Assembly: GCA_043228905.1 (NCBI GenBank) | Contig: JBHGNT010000004.1 | Location: 14,508,001-14,572,000, forward strand | Reading direction: 5' to 3' | DNA length: 64,000 nt | From: Azolla caroliniana | Taxonomy: Eukaryota > Plantae > Polypodiophyta | In this document: positions 51,614-64,000 of the stretch, in pieces | Position numbering within the stretch: position 1 is the stretch's first letter | Layout of the letters: every line of letters starts with the position of its first letter | Program-made: the position numbers and the translations under genes | Notes under the pieces: generated by a model | Database searches by the model: none | What the model saw: the letters and a program-made list of their open reading frames with translations, nothing else | What the model was told of the DNA's origin: nothing

Positions 51614-51848
51614 AATGGTCTTCTATTGCAACCGCCGGTTTGGTGAAGACATAGAGCTCGAGGTCATTGCCTCTGAGTCTCACTTTGTATTCCTCCTCTC
51701 ATAGTAATAGTTGGAGTCCGTGGGCTCCCATGGTTTTTCCCGTTTAGAGTTTTCCATGTAAACATCCTGTGTCATCTCTAATTGTTAGTTTGTTTTCTTC
51801 CATTCGTTGTTTAAGACTCGGTTGTGGTTGAGCGCTATTTTCCACACA
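46380..51848 (+). mobile_element. Full-length degenerate Ty1/Copia of a second lineage; LTRs 46380-46943 and 51027-51848
   Basis: LTR pair tgttgggaattcgg...caca; TSD GAACA/GAACC; iMet-type PBS ggtatcagagc; WVVDSGASFH, LLLYVDD, RTKHIQRRYH; PPT gaagagggagggag. Confidence 0.95.
51326..51547 (-). mobile_element. Short 5'-truncated LINE copy inserted in the Copia 3' LTR
   Basis: Reverse complement of ~10858-11080 (PQCALSIATFIGKVLEHRESLLTFTRIT*, 3' UTR, atct tail); absent from the 5' LTR. Confidence 0.93.
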
Positions 51849-54800
51849 GAACCTGGTGTCGGTCGGGCAGATCGTTGACCAGGGGTTGAAAGTTTGATTT
51901 ACACATCTCAGGTGTTTCATCAAGGAAGAGGTCTAAATCATCGCGCAAGGGTGCTGGGATAGGAGGTTGTTCATCCTCGACACCAACGACGTTGGCACCG
52001 CTTTGTTTGCGAGAGGACAGAAAGTCGAATCCGATATCGACTTAAGACGCAAGCAAATTAGTCACGTCAGCTACTAGAGGCTTCAAGATCTGCAATCGAA
52101 ACAAGTGGTATTCGGATTGCCGAAATTTAGTGGCCCGAAGGCCCAAATATGTGAAGCCTGCCAGCTAGGGAAGCAACACCGACTTCCATCCCCCAACGAG
52201 CGAAACCGAAGCCAAAACAAGCTCGACTTGATACATTCGGATGTATGGGGACCGACATAGAACGTGAGCTTTGGCGGGAGTTGATGTTTCGTCTCCTTCA
52301 TCGACGACTACAACCGACACACATGGATCTACCTCATTGAGAAGAAGAGCGAAGTCTTCAGCTGTTTCTGGAACTTACAAAGTTTAGTTGAGAGGAAAAT
52401 AGAGAGTACGACAAGTGCTTGCGGTCGGATGCCAGAAAAGAATATTTTTCCGGCAAGTTCAATATTTATCTGCAATAGAAGGGAATTCAGCGAGAATTCA
52501 GTTGCACATATACGCCGGAACAAAATGGCGTAGCCGAGAGGAAGAACCGGTCAATTGTGGAAGCGGCATGGGCAATGATGGAGGAGAAGAGCATGCCAAA
52601 GTTCTATTGGGCCAAAGCGGTCTTGATGGCTGTCTACATCCAAAATCGGATCGGGGAGAAGGTGTCAGCACACGAGGTGTATTTTGGGTGGAAGCCGAAC
52701 TTACGACACCTGAGGATATGTGGCAACATTACCTATGTGCATGTGCTTGATGAGAAGTGGAGAAAGCTGGACCCAAAGTCGGAGAAGTGTATCTTAGTCG
52801 ACTACTCACATGAGTAGAATGGGTGCAAGTGCTACAACCCTCAAACAAAGGAAGTCTGAGTGAGCCGAGATGTCGAATTCGACGAGTCGGCATCATGGTA
52901 CTCCCTATTGACTCTGACCCCCGACAACTCTGACCACCCGATCATTGAGGATGAGGCCAATGAACCCCACATGATTCGGGAAGACGAAGAAGAAGAAGAA
53001 AACTTTGGTACTTTGGAAGAGTGTCCGATCTCATTCCGCCTAAGTGGGCCTAATGAGAGACTAAGTCGAATCGACTGGTCGGATGAAGAGCCGTCGAGTG
53101 GTGAGGACTCGGTCGTGCATTCCCTACGCAAAGAACCGAGGAGACGGTTCACGCGTAAGGAGAAAGGGAAGAAGAAAATGCCAGAGTACGATACAGACAA
53201 GGACGAGTCGGATCGGAGCGAGTCTGACACCGGAAAGAACAAAGAAGGACCTTTGGAAACAAAGTCCGAGTCGGCCAAGAGGGCCCTAAAATTGGCGAAT
53301 CAAAAGCTACTCCGATCTACCCACCAAAAGAGCCTCGTGAAGCGGTATGGATATATAATGAGTACATGGTGCATCATTATGCATACATGAGGGAAGTGGC
53401 GGAAGTGTGTGAACCAGAGAGCTACGCAGAAGCGGAAAAAGACACGAATTGGCGTGTCGCAATGGAGGAAGAGATGCGAGCGCTAACGGAGAATCAAATT
53501 TGAGACATGGTTGACGCCCCCAAGGGCGAAAAGACGATCAGATGCAGGTAAGTGTACAATATCATGTACAAAACCGACGGTACAAGGCCCGGTTAGTGGC
53601 CAAGGGCTATGCGCAACAACATGGCATCGACTACGATGAGATGTTTGCGCCGGTCGCGAAGATGACGACCGTCCGTGTCTTGCTTGCGGTCACTGCGGTG
53701 AAGGGTTGAAATTTGCACCAGATGGGTGTGAAGAACACGTTCTTGCAAGGAGAACTTGAGGAACAAGTATACATGGTGCAGCCACCCGGATTTCAGTCCG
53801 GAATGAATACGTTAGCTCTATGCCAACTGAAGAAGTTCCTTTACGGATTGAAGCAAGAAGCCCCACGTGCTTGGAACGCGAAGATCACGCAATTCCTACA
53901 TAAGATGGGGTTTGCTACATCCAAGTCGGACTCTTCACTCTTCATCCGGCAAGGTCGGAATGGGTCGATAAGTCTTTTACTTTATGTTGATGATTTAGTC
54001 ATCACCGGCGCCGACTCAGAGGAAATCGGCTGTGTGAAGTCCCAACTAGCAGCATCATTTTAGATGATGGATTTGGGGTACCTTCACTACTTCCTCGGGA
54101 TCAAATTGATCCACTCCCCCGATGACATATTGTTGTCACAAAGACACTATGTACTGAAAATGTTGTACAAGTTTAGCATGATGGATTGCCGACCGGTCTC
54201 AACACCCCTTAACCGAAATCCGAAGCTATGTCTCGACTTCGGACCGGCTTGCAATGAGAAACGGTTTCGACAAATTGTTGGAAGCCAAATATATCTTACT
54301 ATCACCTGACCTGACATCAACTATCTAGTCAGGGTGACAAGTTAGTTTATGCAACGAACGACCGTCGAACACCTTCTGTGCGTGCATCGACTACCACGAT
54401 ATGTGAGTGACACTAAGGATCGAGGACTGTTGTACCAACATGGTATAACCGAATAGTTAGTTGGTTATACAAATGCCGACTGGGTAGGTGATGTGTCGGA
54501 TCGTCGATCAACATACGACTTTATGTTCTCTCTTCGTAGTGTGGTTGTTGCGTGGAGCAACAAGAAGTAACCGATAGTGGCTTTGTCCAGCACTGAGGCT
54601 TAGCACAGGGGAGCTACCATCGCGACCTGTGAAGCCATATGGCTTTAACGACTGCTTCAGGACCTCCGGGTCGAAAAACATCGAAGTCATAGCAATGAAG
54701 GAGCTGAGATGGGCCTTATGAGAAGATATGCCAACCAAGAAGGTTGAGGTGCGTAGAACCGGAAGGGTCGTGGCAAGTGGGACCGGATGGGTCGAGGAGC

Positions 54801-55451
54801 GCGAGCGAGGCGTGAAGATGCTAGGAGAAGCCGGAAGCAAGGACCATCAACAACAGACACCACGATCCGACCGCAAGTTGAGCTTGAGGGGGAGTGTTGA
54901 GCGAGCAAGCTTAACATGATTTGGATCGATGTTCGGAACAAAGAGCTAGATCAATGTCTGGTAAGGTGAGCCGGATCCAGGAGCCGGATCGGAGAGCCAG
55001 ACCCATGTGCGAACTGGTAGGCCATTGGAGGCCTACACTCCTAGTCTACTAGGTAGTTATTGTTCTAGGAGTTAGTGTTTGTCGCTTAGTACGAGCATTG
55101 AAGTGCATGTCAGTACTTCTATTAGTCCTTTTAAGGACTTGTATAAAAGTGCTCACTGAGCATATTGTATGCACAGAACAAGCGCCATTTCTTGAATAGA
55201 GTTGTTTTGTTGTCTGTCTGTCTCTCACCTACTCTGCGTATTCCATTTTCTGTGTTTTTTGTTGCGATTTGGCTGAGCTGGTTGAGATTCGTGTTTAGCT
55301 TCCACACTGTAATTGTTTCAAAGTACTTGTCAGTACTTTAAGGACTTGTATAGAAGTGCTCACAGAGCACACTTGTATGTATAGAGTATAAAGTGCTATT
55401 TTTTGAAATAGAAGTTGTGTTCTGCTCTCTCTCTCTCTCTCTCTCCCTCCC

Positions 55452-55490
<39 letters not shown>

Positions 55491-56760
55491 GTGTCTCTGT
55501 CTCTCTCTCTCTTCTGTGCGACCGATTCTCTCCCTCCATCGTTTTCCGCGTTCTATAGCTAGTTGGAAAGCTCTTTTGGAGATCTTTCTAACAAATTTTT
55601 ATTTTCTAAATTCCGTTTCTGTTTCCGTTGTGAGAAGTTATGAGCATTTTCGTGTGAAACCCTCTTTCCCCCGCGGTTCCTCAAACTCAAGGTAGATTTT
55701 GAAACCCTAAATCGATTGAAAGGTACATTCTACTTCTTGTATCATTTTATTAATAGTAAATATGCCAAGAAGAGTAAAAGTCAATGATGATATGATTGAA
55801 AGCCCAAACAATCAAATGCATACTTTGTCAATGGAAAAGATGGTAGCTATGTATATCTCATTGCAAGAGACGGTGATGCATATGCAAAGGGAAATGTATG
55901 GTTATAAGGAGAGAGAATTAATTCTTCAACATACAATGGAAATGCAAAAGTTGGAGATTAAAGCTTTGCGTGAAGAACTACATGCAATGAAGAACATGAC
56001 TATTCAAATGCAAGAAATCGGATGCCTGAAATAGAAAGAAAAATGTTGAGTCTTGAAGTAGAAAAAGAGATTTTGGTGAAGGCAAATACCGAAATAAAAT
56101 CTACAATTGAAGGGAAGGAAGATGTGATCATCACAAGGTGGAAAGATGTTCTCTTGAAAGAAACACTCAAAATCACACAAAGGCATTCTAATACCATGGA
56201 TACGTGTTAGATGCAAATGAGCAATATGAAATCGAAAGAAGAAAGAATAATATTGTCATTAGAGGTATGCAAGAGAATGAAACAGAGAATGCATTAGCTC
56301 TCGGAGAGAATATTACGAAATTCTTTGAAGATCACTTTGCTATGCGAGATGTTATTGTATATGCCACATATAGGGTTGTCCAAAAGCAATTAGAGGGAAA
56401 GTCATCTCAAGCTATTGTTTGTACAATCCTTGATGAACGTAAAAGGGAAATGATTCTAGATAGTAGTAAGGTGTACTTAAAAGGGACAAGTTTTTTTGTA
56501 ACGGAGGATAGAACTCCACAACAGCAAGAATGCAGAAGGCAAGCATATGAATCTAGGAAAGCAAATCAAAACGCATAGCAAGCAACGACCTATGGCACTA
56601 TAAGTGCTTCACGATTGAAAGTAATGTTTTGGAATTGTAGAGGATATCTATGGAATAAGGGTTTAGGACTCAATGATGTAGCTCAAGGTATGGATATTAT
56701 ATTTTTGGCTGAAACATGGGAGCATGAGGCAAAACGTATACCTAAGATAGACGGTTACGT

Positions 56761-58169
56761 TGTCGCGAAAATACAACGAGGATACGTGAACGTTGAGGCA
56801 AGACTCCGGGGCCTTTGTCTAGAGGATATCAAATTCGTGTATTTATGTACTAAGAATTAACCGAAATGAGAAAGATTAACAAATTTCATTAATAAAAGGG
56901 AAAGAAAGATTACAATCAATCCCAAGATTGGGATTACAAAAGTTTTATCTTATGGAGATGATTAGAATAATAGATTAGAGGAAATAAGACATTATGATTC
57001 TTGAGTGATATGGCTTTGACAAGGAATTTTGGATTTTGAGAGATTGCTTCCGTATGGAGATTATGGTTTACTTGAGAGATAGCTTCCGTAGGGAAGATTA
57101 GGGTTATTGGCTTCGATAAGATAAGAGAGCTCCCCAAAGAAAAGAAAAAAAATTAAGATAATATGGAGAGTGAGTCCTAGTGTAGGAAAAAAAATGGAAT
57201 AAATATGGAGTTCTCCCTTGATCATAGCCTTTCCACTTTTTGTTGCATGGCCTCTACTTTTAGTTGCCTAACTTTTTCTTTTGGTTGCATGTGACTGTCC
57301 ACATGACCTTTACTTTTTCCATGCACTCCTTCTTTAGTTGCTTGCGTCCACATGGCCTTTACTTTAGTTCTCTTCACTTTACTTTAGTTTGTTGCATGAT
57401 CCAATCTTTCGTCCGTCCGCATCCAACCTCGTCCGGTAGCCGGTTCCATTTTGCTTGCCGATCGGTTCCGGTTCCGATTTTGCTTGCTGACTGGTTCGGG
57501 TTTTGCTTGCCGGCCGGTTCCGGTTTTGCTTATCGGCCGGTTTCGGTTTTGCTTACCACCCGGTTTCTGGTTTGCATACCCGTTCCGGTTCCGATTTTGC
57601 TTTCCGGCCGGTTTCCGGTTTGCATACCCGTTCCGGTTCTGGTTTTGCTTGCCGACCGGTTCCGGTTTGCTTGCCGGCCGGTTCCGATTTTGCTTACCGG
57701 CCAGTTTCCGGTTTGCATACCCGTTCCAATTCCGGTTTTGCTTGCCGACCGGTTCTGGTTTGCTTGCCAGCCGGTTCCGGTATTGCATACCGGCCGGTTT
57801 CCAGATTGCTTACCGGACCCGTTTTCCGGATTTGCTTACCGGCCGGTTTCCGGTTTTAGGGAATTTGGCCACCATCATCCATCAAGACAAAGTGGCCAAA
57901 GTGCTCTTAGCACAAATGAAAAATGAGGGAGCTCAAGGTGTTTATATAGCCAGGGCCTTAACTTTCCTATCTATGTGGGATAGTTCTAATTTCCCTATCT
58001 AATCAAACTTTATTTTCTCATAACTTGATATGTATTTCTCCATTTTGTATATAGTAAAATACATTTTGAAGCTCTTGAGTATATCCATCTTTCTATAGTA
58101 CTCTACTAATCTAATTTATAATTATTATTTCATTATTTTTTTACATAGTGTGTGAAGATTCACACGACA
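56761..58169 (-). mobile_element. Solo-LTR-like insertion (1409 bp) in the LINE endonuclease
   Basis: Termini tgtcgcg...cacgaca; 4-bp TSD ACGT whose removal restores the LINE frame (DGYV|IKSIWP); minus-strand TATA ctatataaac near 57940-57950; no credible coding content. Confidence 0.85.
57425..57860. repeat. CCGG-rich degenerate minisatellite inside the solo LTR
   Basis: Recurring ttttgcttgccgaccggttccgg and tttgcatacccgttccggttcc units of ~21-28 bp. Confidence 0.9.
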
Positions 58170-58735
58170 ACGTCATAAAATCGATATGGCCTAACTCCAA
58201 AGGGAATATTGGGCGTGCCGGGATAACATGTATCTACCATGAGAGTTTAGATAATTCTATCAAAGTATGCAAATATGATGACTATAAGAGATACATATGG
58301 ATAGAGGTTAATTTGGGGAAAGGGAACTTGTATATAGTTGCATGTTACATTCGTCACAAAGACTCAAACTACTATAGTAGATTTGGGTTAGATTGTGACG
58401 ATCCTTTTATAGAATTATGCCATGATATACTTTCATTTGAGAAGCTTAGTAAAGTTTTAATTATGGGAGACTTCAATGCAAGAGTTGGAAATTTCCAAAC
58501 TGTGGAGACATTTGAAGAAAATGTAGTAGAACATCGTCTATTGCGTGATCCAGAGGATTGTGTCATGTTTGATTATGGAAAACTTTTGATACATATGTTA
58601 AATTGCACAAACTTGATTATCCTAAATGGTATAAAGGCATTCCCATTGACAAATGTGCTCACATGTTTACCATCCTCGGGTGGAGGAAGTGTGGTTGATT
58701 ACGCATTAATGTTGGCATGTGATCTATCATTGGTG

Positions 58736-61674
58736 AATGCGTTATACCCTCGACCCCTGTGCATGCCTCAGAACCGGGCCGACTTAATCATAGCAACGTA
58801 TGAAGGCGTGAAGGTGGACTAGCCGGTACTGATTACAGATGGCCTCTGTGCGGCCATCGACTCTGTAAGAGGCAAGGAGGTTCGGAAGATATGGACGGCA
58901 GAGGCGCAATGGCTCACCCTATTGGTGCCACCTATCGAGCCCGTCAAGACCACAAAGCGGGGAAGAACAACCGAAGGCGCCCCAAAAACGGCATTGAAAT
59001 GGCAGTAGTTGTTGGCCTGTAAGGCAACCAAAGGGAAGGCAGCCGACACGGACCAGGCGGCAAAGGAGCGCACCAATAGGAAGTGGCAGGCGGAAATGCA
59101 GGAGGAGCCACCGGAACGGCCAATCAAGATCAGACTTCACCGACTGTTTCAACAAGAACTGGACCCCTTGGCAGCAAAAATGAACATCGGAACTCAAGAG
59201 GAGGAAGCGGAGGAGGAACCGTTAGAGCACCTCCAGCGGCGCCAGAAGGCAAGCACCTCCGAACAGGCTAGGGAGCGTTCGGACCCAAAGAAGGATGGAA
59301 CGCCTCTACCCCGCATTGAGCATCCCGCACCAAGGGTGGAACCGGTCACAGAGCTCCCTGCACAACAAACTATACCAGCAGGTCAGGATACAGCAAGACC
59401 CGAAATGCAAGCGCCGGAAGTACAGTTGCCTACCCCACCGGCAGGTCAAGAGTAATCAGAGGCGAAGCGGCCAACAGAGCCGCAACCGGAACCAGAACGG
59501 CAAAGTGGTCACCAACCAGAGATAGAGTTGCAGCTCGACGCAACCGGACAAAACCGACCACCGGCTAGCGACACCAACAGCCAACCCTCCGGGCAGACGC
59601 AACAACAGGGCACCAGCAACCAATGGCTCCGGTGGATTGGAGAACAGATTGTCAGAGTGGTGCACTACATAGAGGCGGAAGAGAAAGCGCGGATGGACCG
59701 GTTGCTCGTCACAACTAGAGAACTAGAGACGGCCTGGTCAAGGATCCGGAGCCTAGAACAAGACTTGGACCTGGCCACAGAAGAATTGGCCAAACTGGCC
59801 TTAACCGGACCACAGCTCCAAGCACTGGTGACTCTGGTAGATGTACAGAATAAAGAAACATTGACACCTATACATAGCAATAAGACCCCAGAGACGGAAC
59901 CAGTCCCGGAGATATTGGCAGCGCAAGCAAAAGAGCTTGCTAAATTGAAAGATGAACTGGCCGCACAAGAAGCATTACGGACCCGAGAACGAGACTTGAA
60001 GAAAGCGGTAGAAGAAGAGCAAAGAAAGACTGTTGAGAACCTCCACCGGGCAGAAGAGAATCTGCGGAAAGGACATCAGGCATATGACCGGCTGAAGGAG
60101 GAGAAAGAGAAGGCGCTGCAAGAAAAGGAGAAGTTGCGACGGATGGCGGAAACAGAGATCGAAAGACTTAAAGAAGAACTTCGTCAACAAAAGGATCGGG
60201 AAGACCGCGCTCGCCGGCAACTCAACCAGAAGCTGAAGCAGAAGACCGATGATTTTGAGCAGCTGCACCGGGACTACAAGCACCTGGATACGGAGCATAA
60301 GAAACTGCAGGAGAAGATGGCAGAGCTCCTGCAGGAGGTGCATCGAGCTGAGACGGCGCTAGCGGAAGAACGGGCTGAAAGAACCACACTACTGGAGGAA
60401 GCCGTGCAAGAACGTATGGAGCTCCATAAGCAGCATTATGAAGAGAAGGAAAGAGCAACAATGGTATTGTAGAGGTTGCAGAACACCTACCAACACCAAT
60501 TGTCACATTACCGGGAGCAGGAGGCGGACACGGTGGCGCTAATCAAGCAATTGAAGGAAGAACGGCAAGCCGTGGAGGACAAATCGAAGATGGGATTGGA
60601 GCGGATCCAGTTCATTGTCCAGGCATGGAGGAACAAGACAAAACACTTGATTGACGAAAGCTCCGTGCAATGGTGGGACAAATGGGCAAAACACACAGCC
60701 GAGATCCAATTGCTAAGGGCGAACGCAGAAAACCGGGAGAAGGATGGCAACGACTGCTACATGCTAACAAAGGAGCACTTCACTGCCGTAAGAGATGAGT
60801 TAGCAGAAGATTTTGTAACTCTAGCGGAGGAACAGTCAACAGTGGTCCGGCAATTGGTAGCACAGCTAGACGATGATCGACTGGATGCTCAAATCCAGTT
60901 TGCAAGCTATGAGCAGACCAGGCTACGGAGAGAAGAAGCAAAGCAGGCGGTGACCGTCAACCTCAGCGATGAGGAGCCATCACCGGGGCAAGGACCAGAC
61001 GGAGACATGGTCGGGACAAGTCAACCAGAGTCAATTCCGGCAAAGCAGCTGACGGAGGAAGTACCACCACAACTGCCGGTACCGGGAGCCGATTAGACAC
61101 AGTAGCAGCCACAACCACAACAACAGTAGCCACAACAGCAACAACAGAGTTCCGAAGAACCATTGGACACCCTGGAGCAGAGTATTCTAGATATCTTGGA
61201 TGACGGCTAAGGGCTGGATAGTGGGATTCGACGTACAACGTACTGTCCCACAGGCGTGCCATGTTTTACCCGGCCGGCAAAAGAGTTAAAGACCAGAATG
61301 TGAAAGGGAATGGTTATTCGGAATAGATTATAATTAAGACTAGTATGCCGATCCGGATCCGGACCGCTTCCGAACAGGTGGCGGTTGGCACCGTATTGTA
61401 CGCAGCACCGGTGACCTATATAAAGGCCCGGTTACAATGTAAAACTTTAACGGAGAATTAATATAAGCTTCTTGTTTTATCTTCACGTATTGATTACCGT
61501 TTTGTATTAATTGTTATATCTTACGCGTGTATTAAGTTAATGCCATATTGCTAAGTAGCCAATTAAGTCTGATTAATCGTTGTGTCTTAAGTTATCTCGC
61601 CGTAACACCCCTTTGGTGAAGTGTCTTCCATAGACACCCTATGTTAGGCCATTGTACGACCCTAAGGATTAACA
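58736..61674 (+). mobile_element. 3' part of a Tat/Athila-like Gypsy: extra coiled-coil ORF (to 61210), tRNA-like motif (61221-61261), 3' LTR (~61262-61674)
   Basis: ORF pieces 59009-59455, 59528-60472 and 60476-61096 homologous to 30906-33375; LTR tgtt...aaca with TATA cctatataaagg. Confidence 0.85.
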
Positions 61675-62265
61675 CCTGGGAAACCGCTCACACCTCCTTC
61701 CATGGTTGCACCTCAAGCTCTGATACCAGTTTGTTGAGAAATCATTCGGTGAAATCACAATAAGCGAATTGTGCTGAAATACAAATCACAGATATGCCAA
61801 AAAATAGGACAACAATGGTGCACAGAGATTTAACGTGGAAACCCTAAAACGGGAGAAAACCACGGGAATAGAGGATATACAACAGAGAGATTACAACACT
61901 TCCTTGAGTGTATCAACCACGTAGGTCTGTTGCCGTCTGCTATTACAAACACAGCTATGGCGCCACTCTCACTCACTCTCTATCTCTCACGCTCACGCTC
62001 ACGCGCTACTTCTGTTCTACACACACACATCGCATCTATTTTCCCTAGATGTATATGTTCTGATACATCGTATGAACTATTTACAATTGTAGCCACTGCT
62101 ACATATCATTACTATTATTACTATAACAATAATAATAATATATTTAAACAATCGACTCTCTACTTTTGACTCTTCGACTATCGACTATTTCCGAACAGTC
62201 GGTTCCTTGGACTCTTTAATTGTTGGTTACTTCCGAACAGTCGGTTCCTCCCACTGGAGGGACAT
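61675..62265 (-). mobile_element. Copia-type 5' end: LTR (61732 onward, interrupted at 62265), iMet PBS and probable gag start
   Basis: gctctgatacca (reverse-complement PBS) at 61717-61728; minus-strand ATG GAA GGA GGT just downstream. Confidence 0.75.
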
Positions 62266-64000
62266 TGTTACGGGCATGACCATATAATATCCCATGGTGA
62301 GATTTATCGTAGTATTCTATACACGTGAATAAGTGTGAGGGTTAAACAAGAGTGTAAAGAAGGGGAGGATTACTTTTAATCCTTGGGATTGAGACAACCC
62401 ATTAGGCCAAGTGTGAACATGGCTGGGTGGGGGCCTTGGGTATTGCTATAAATAAGAGGCCTAGCTACCCTCATTTCATCATCTGGTTGACTACGTCGAG
62501 ATTCTCTCTTATGGTGGGTCAACTCTTGTAGCAAGCGCGCTAGCACCAGGTACGACTCGACACCACGACGGTGGTATAGGACGTCGATCGAGGCTCAAGT
62601 CCGTCTCGATCCCTTCACTCGGGGGTGATCGGGTGGATCGACACCCTTCTTTCTCTCTCTCCTCTCTATCTAGATCTATCTATTCATCTATATTCCATCC
62701 TTATCTAATGCTTCCATTAGTCTATGTCTCTAATAGTTGGTATCCAAGCTCATTTTCTAATGTTTCTTTTGTTGTCTTTTGTGTTCTTGATTGATGGCGA
62801 TCGATCTACGTGTGGTCGGCCTTCATGCAGACAAGGATCAACAAAGGAACTTCGGTAATCTTTCTTTTCTTTTTCTTTTTTGTCTATTTTTTCTTCTCCC
62901 ATCTAATTATGTGTATGGTTAATATGTAGATTTTTTTCATTAATTCAATGATGTTGTAGTGGTAATTCATTGGTTGTATAAAACTTTTACATATGTGTAT
63001 GAGGTCAATACCTCATTTGACGTATATTGAATATGTGATGAGTGTGGTATGCGCACGAGGTTAATACCTCAATTGTGTATTACGTTCACAAACATATGTT
63101 ACGTTTGCGTATGAGGTCAATACCTCGATTCGTTGTAAATGATATCCGTTTGGTTTCGTATGCATAAGAGGTCAATACCTCAATTGCGTATTACGATTAA
63201 CCCTTATTTTTGGATGTCTCGTGTGCGTAGAGGTATATGCCTCGATTACGTATCTCGATTACATCATTTTTGGCTATTAAATATAACGATTTGTTTAACA
63301 TAGGCATATGTGGTCACGTGTATACGTAGTTGATCGTATATATGTGATAATATACATGTGTATATAAGTTATTACATGATTTTAAATCGAATGTTTTCCT
63401 TTTCGGGGAAAGGATCTTGGTGGCCGTCCTCACATTTTTGTGAGAATAGCGTTGTCACCATCCCTTTTTTCAACAATTTTTTATTGTTGAAATCCCCGTT
63501 TGTGACTTCGATATTTCGTTACGTAAAGAAACACCTATAGCCATAATGATGTTGAGTACGTAGGGCTTGACCCACTTCATGTGAGATTGCTCCTATGATA
63601 CACATATCCAACATCCCTCCCTCGTTACATGGATACGATGCCACCATGAGATCATTCTTACGAGAGGCATTCGTAATGACGTAACCATGTGATGGGCCAC
63701 GTGGGCCTACCACGAAAAGAGGGCTCATTTGGATTGACCATTAGGTTGCACTTTGGCGTATGCCATTGTAATTACGAGACTTGAGGTTAGGTAACGTACC
63801 AACATATTTTGTACTAAACGAGAGGGAAATAAGGACTCTTGACAAATGCCTCGCATATCTCTTATACGCATGAAACATTAAACATTCAAGAAGAGCAACC
63901 TACATGGTTGGCTCAAGTGTTTAATGCATTTGTTCTCGAGGTCTCGAGTTCAAATATAACCAAGACCATACAACATTGTTGATACATGTGACTATAACAC
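62266..64000 (+). mobile_element. 5' LTR (62266-62735), Met-type PBS and long non-coding leader of an LTR retrotransposon related to the 20261 chromovirus LTR
   Basis: tgtta start; TATA ctataaataag; blocks tagctaccctcat and ctcgggggtg..gggtgga shared with LTR 20261-20732; PBS tggtatccaagc at 62738. Confidence 0.75.
63001..63243. repeat. Five regularly spaced 14-bp palindromic repeats, GAGGT-caat-ACCTC
   Basis: Copies start at 63001, 63057, 63113, 63168 and 63230; intervening sequences are diverged. Confidence 0.85.

Larger units (their letters stand above)
45740..55306 (+). mobile_element. 5'-truncated degenerate Ty1/Copia hosting a nested Copia; 3' LTR ~54895-55306
   Basis: Gag CCHC (CSYCGEKGHRESEC), WYVDSETSNHM, integrase and RT fragments; frame resumes across the insertion (ITKN|LVSVGQ); PPT gagggggag. 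Confidence 0.88.
55560..58735 (+). mobile_element. 5' part of a LINE: ORF1 (55762-56578, disrupted) and ORF2 APE endonuclease (from 56615), interrupted and 3'-truncated
   Basis: ORF1 coiled coil then RRKNNIVIRG...LKGT..FVTED; APE motifs FWNCRG, LAETW, MGDFNARVG, SVVDYAL. Confidence 0.85.

Noticed and set aside
57264-58002. Several overlapping ORFs of 118-220 aa
   Set aside because: Stop-free frames produced by the minisatellite; low-complexity translations.
61221-61261. tRNA gene or tRNA-derived SINE
   Set aside because: Only the T-arm and acceptor 3' strand are present; no D-arm, anticodon arm or A-box.
63001-63243. CRISPR array
   Set aside because: Eukaryotic retrotransposon context, repeats only 14 bp, alternate spacers partly related, no cas genes; kept as a palindromic array.

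Overview
Eukaryotic land-plant nuclear DNA, probably a non-seed plant such as a fern (inferred from the Tcn1-like and fungal-like Gypsy elements and the PLS-PPR remnant). Most of the window is nested, degenerate retrotransposons: several Ty1/Copia elements, chromodomain Gypsy elements, a tRNA-Trp-primed Gypsy with fungal-like Pol, Tat/Athila-like Gypsy derivatives with a large extra coiled-coil ORF, and APE-RT LINEs. There is one intact host gene, SPIRAL1-like (42638-43625), and a PPR pseudogene fragment. The main unexplained signal: four Gypsy-type LTRs (at ~12.7, 15.0, 33.7 and 61.2 kb) have no polypurine tract upstream of the 3' LTR. Instead they carry a conserved, covarying structured copy of a tRNA-Arg 3' end ending in CCA, i.e. 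a primer-binding site on the antisense strand. One of these LTR families also has a normal tRNA-Arg-type PBS after the other LTR end, which suggests retrotransposons that may prime both DNA strands with tRNA or a tRNA mimic. Other signals include a regularly spaced palindromic repeat array in a Gypsy leader (63.0-63.2 kb), a conserved hairpin enclosing the Copia PPT, and a LINE 3' stem-loop with an (ATCT)n tail. tRNA identities come from recalled plant tRNA sequences and need a database check.
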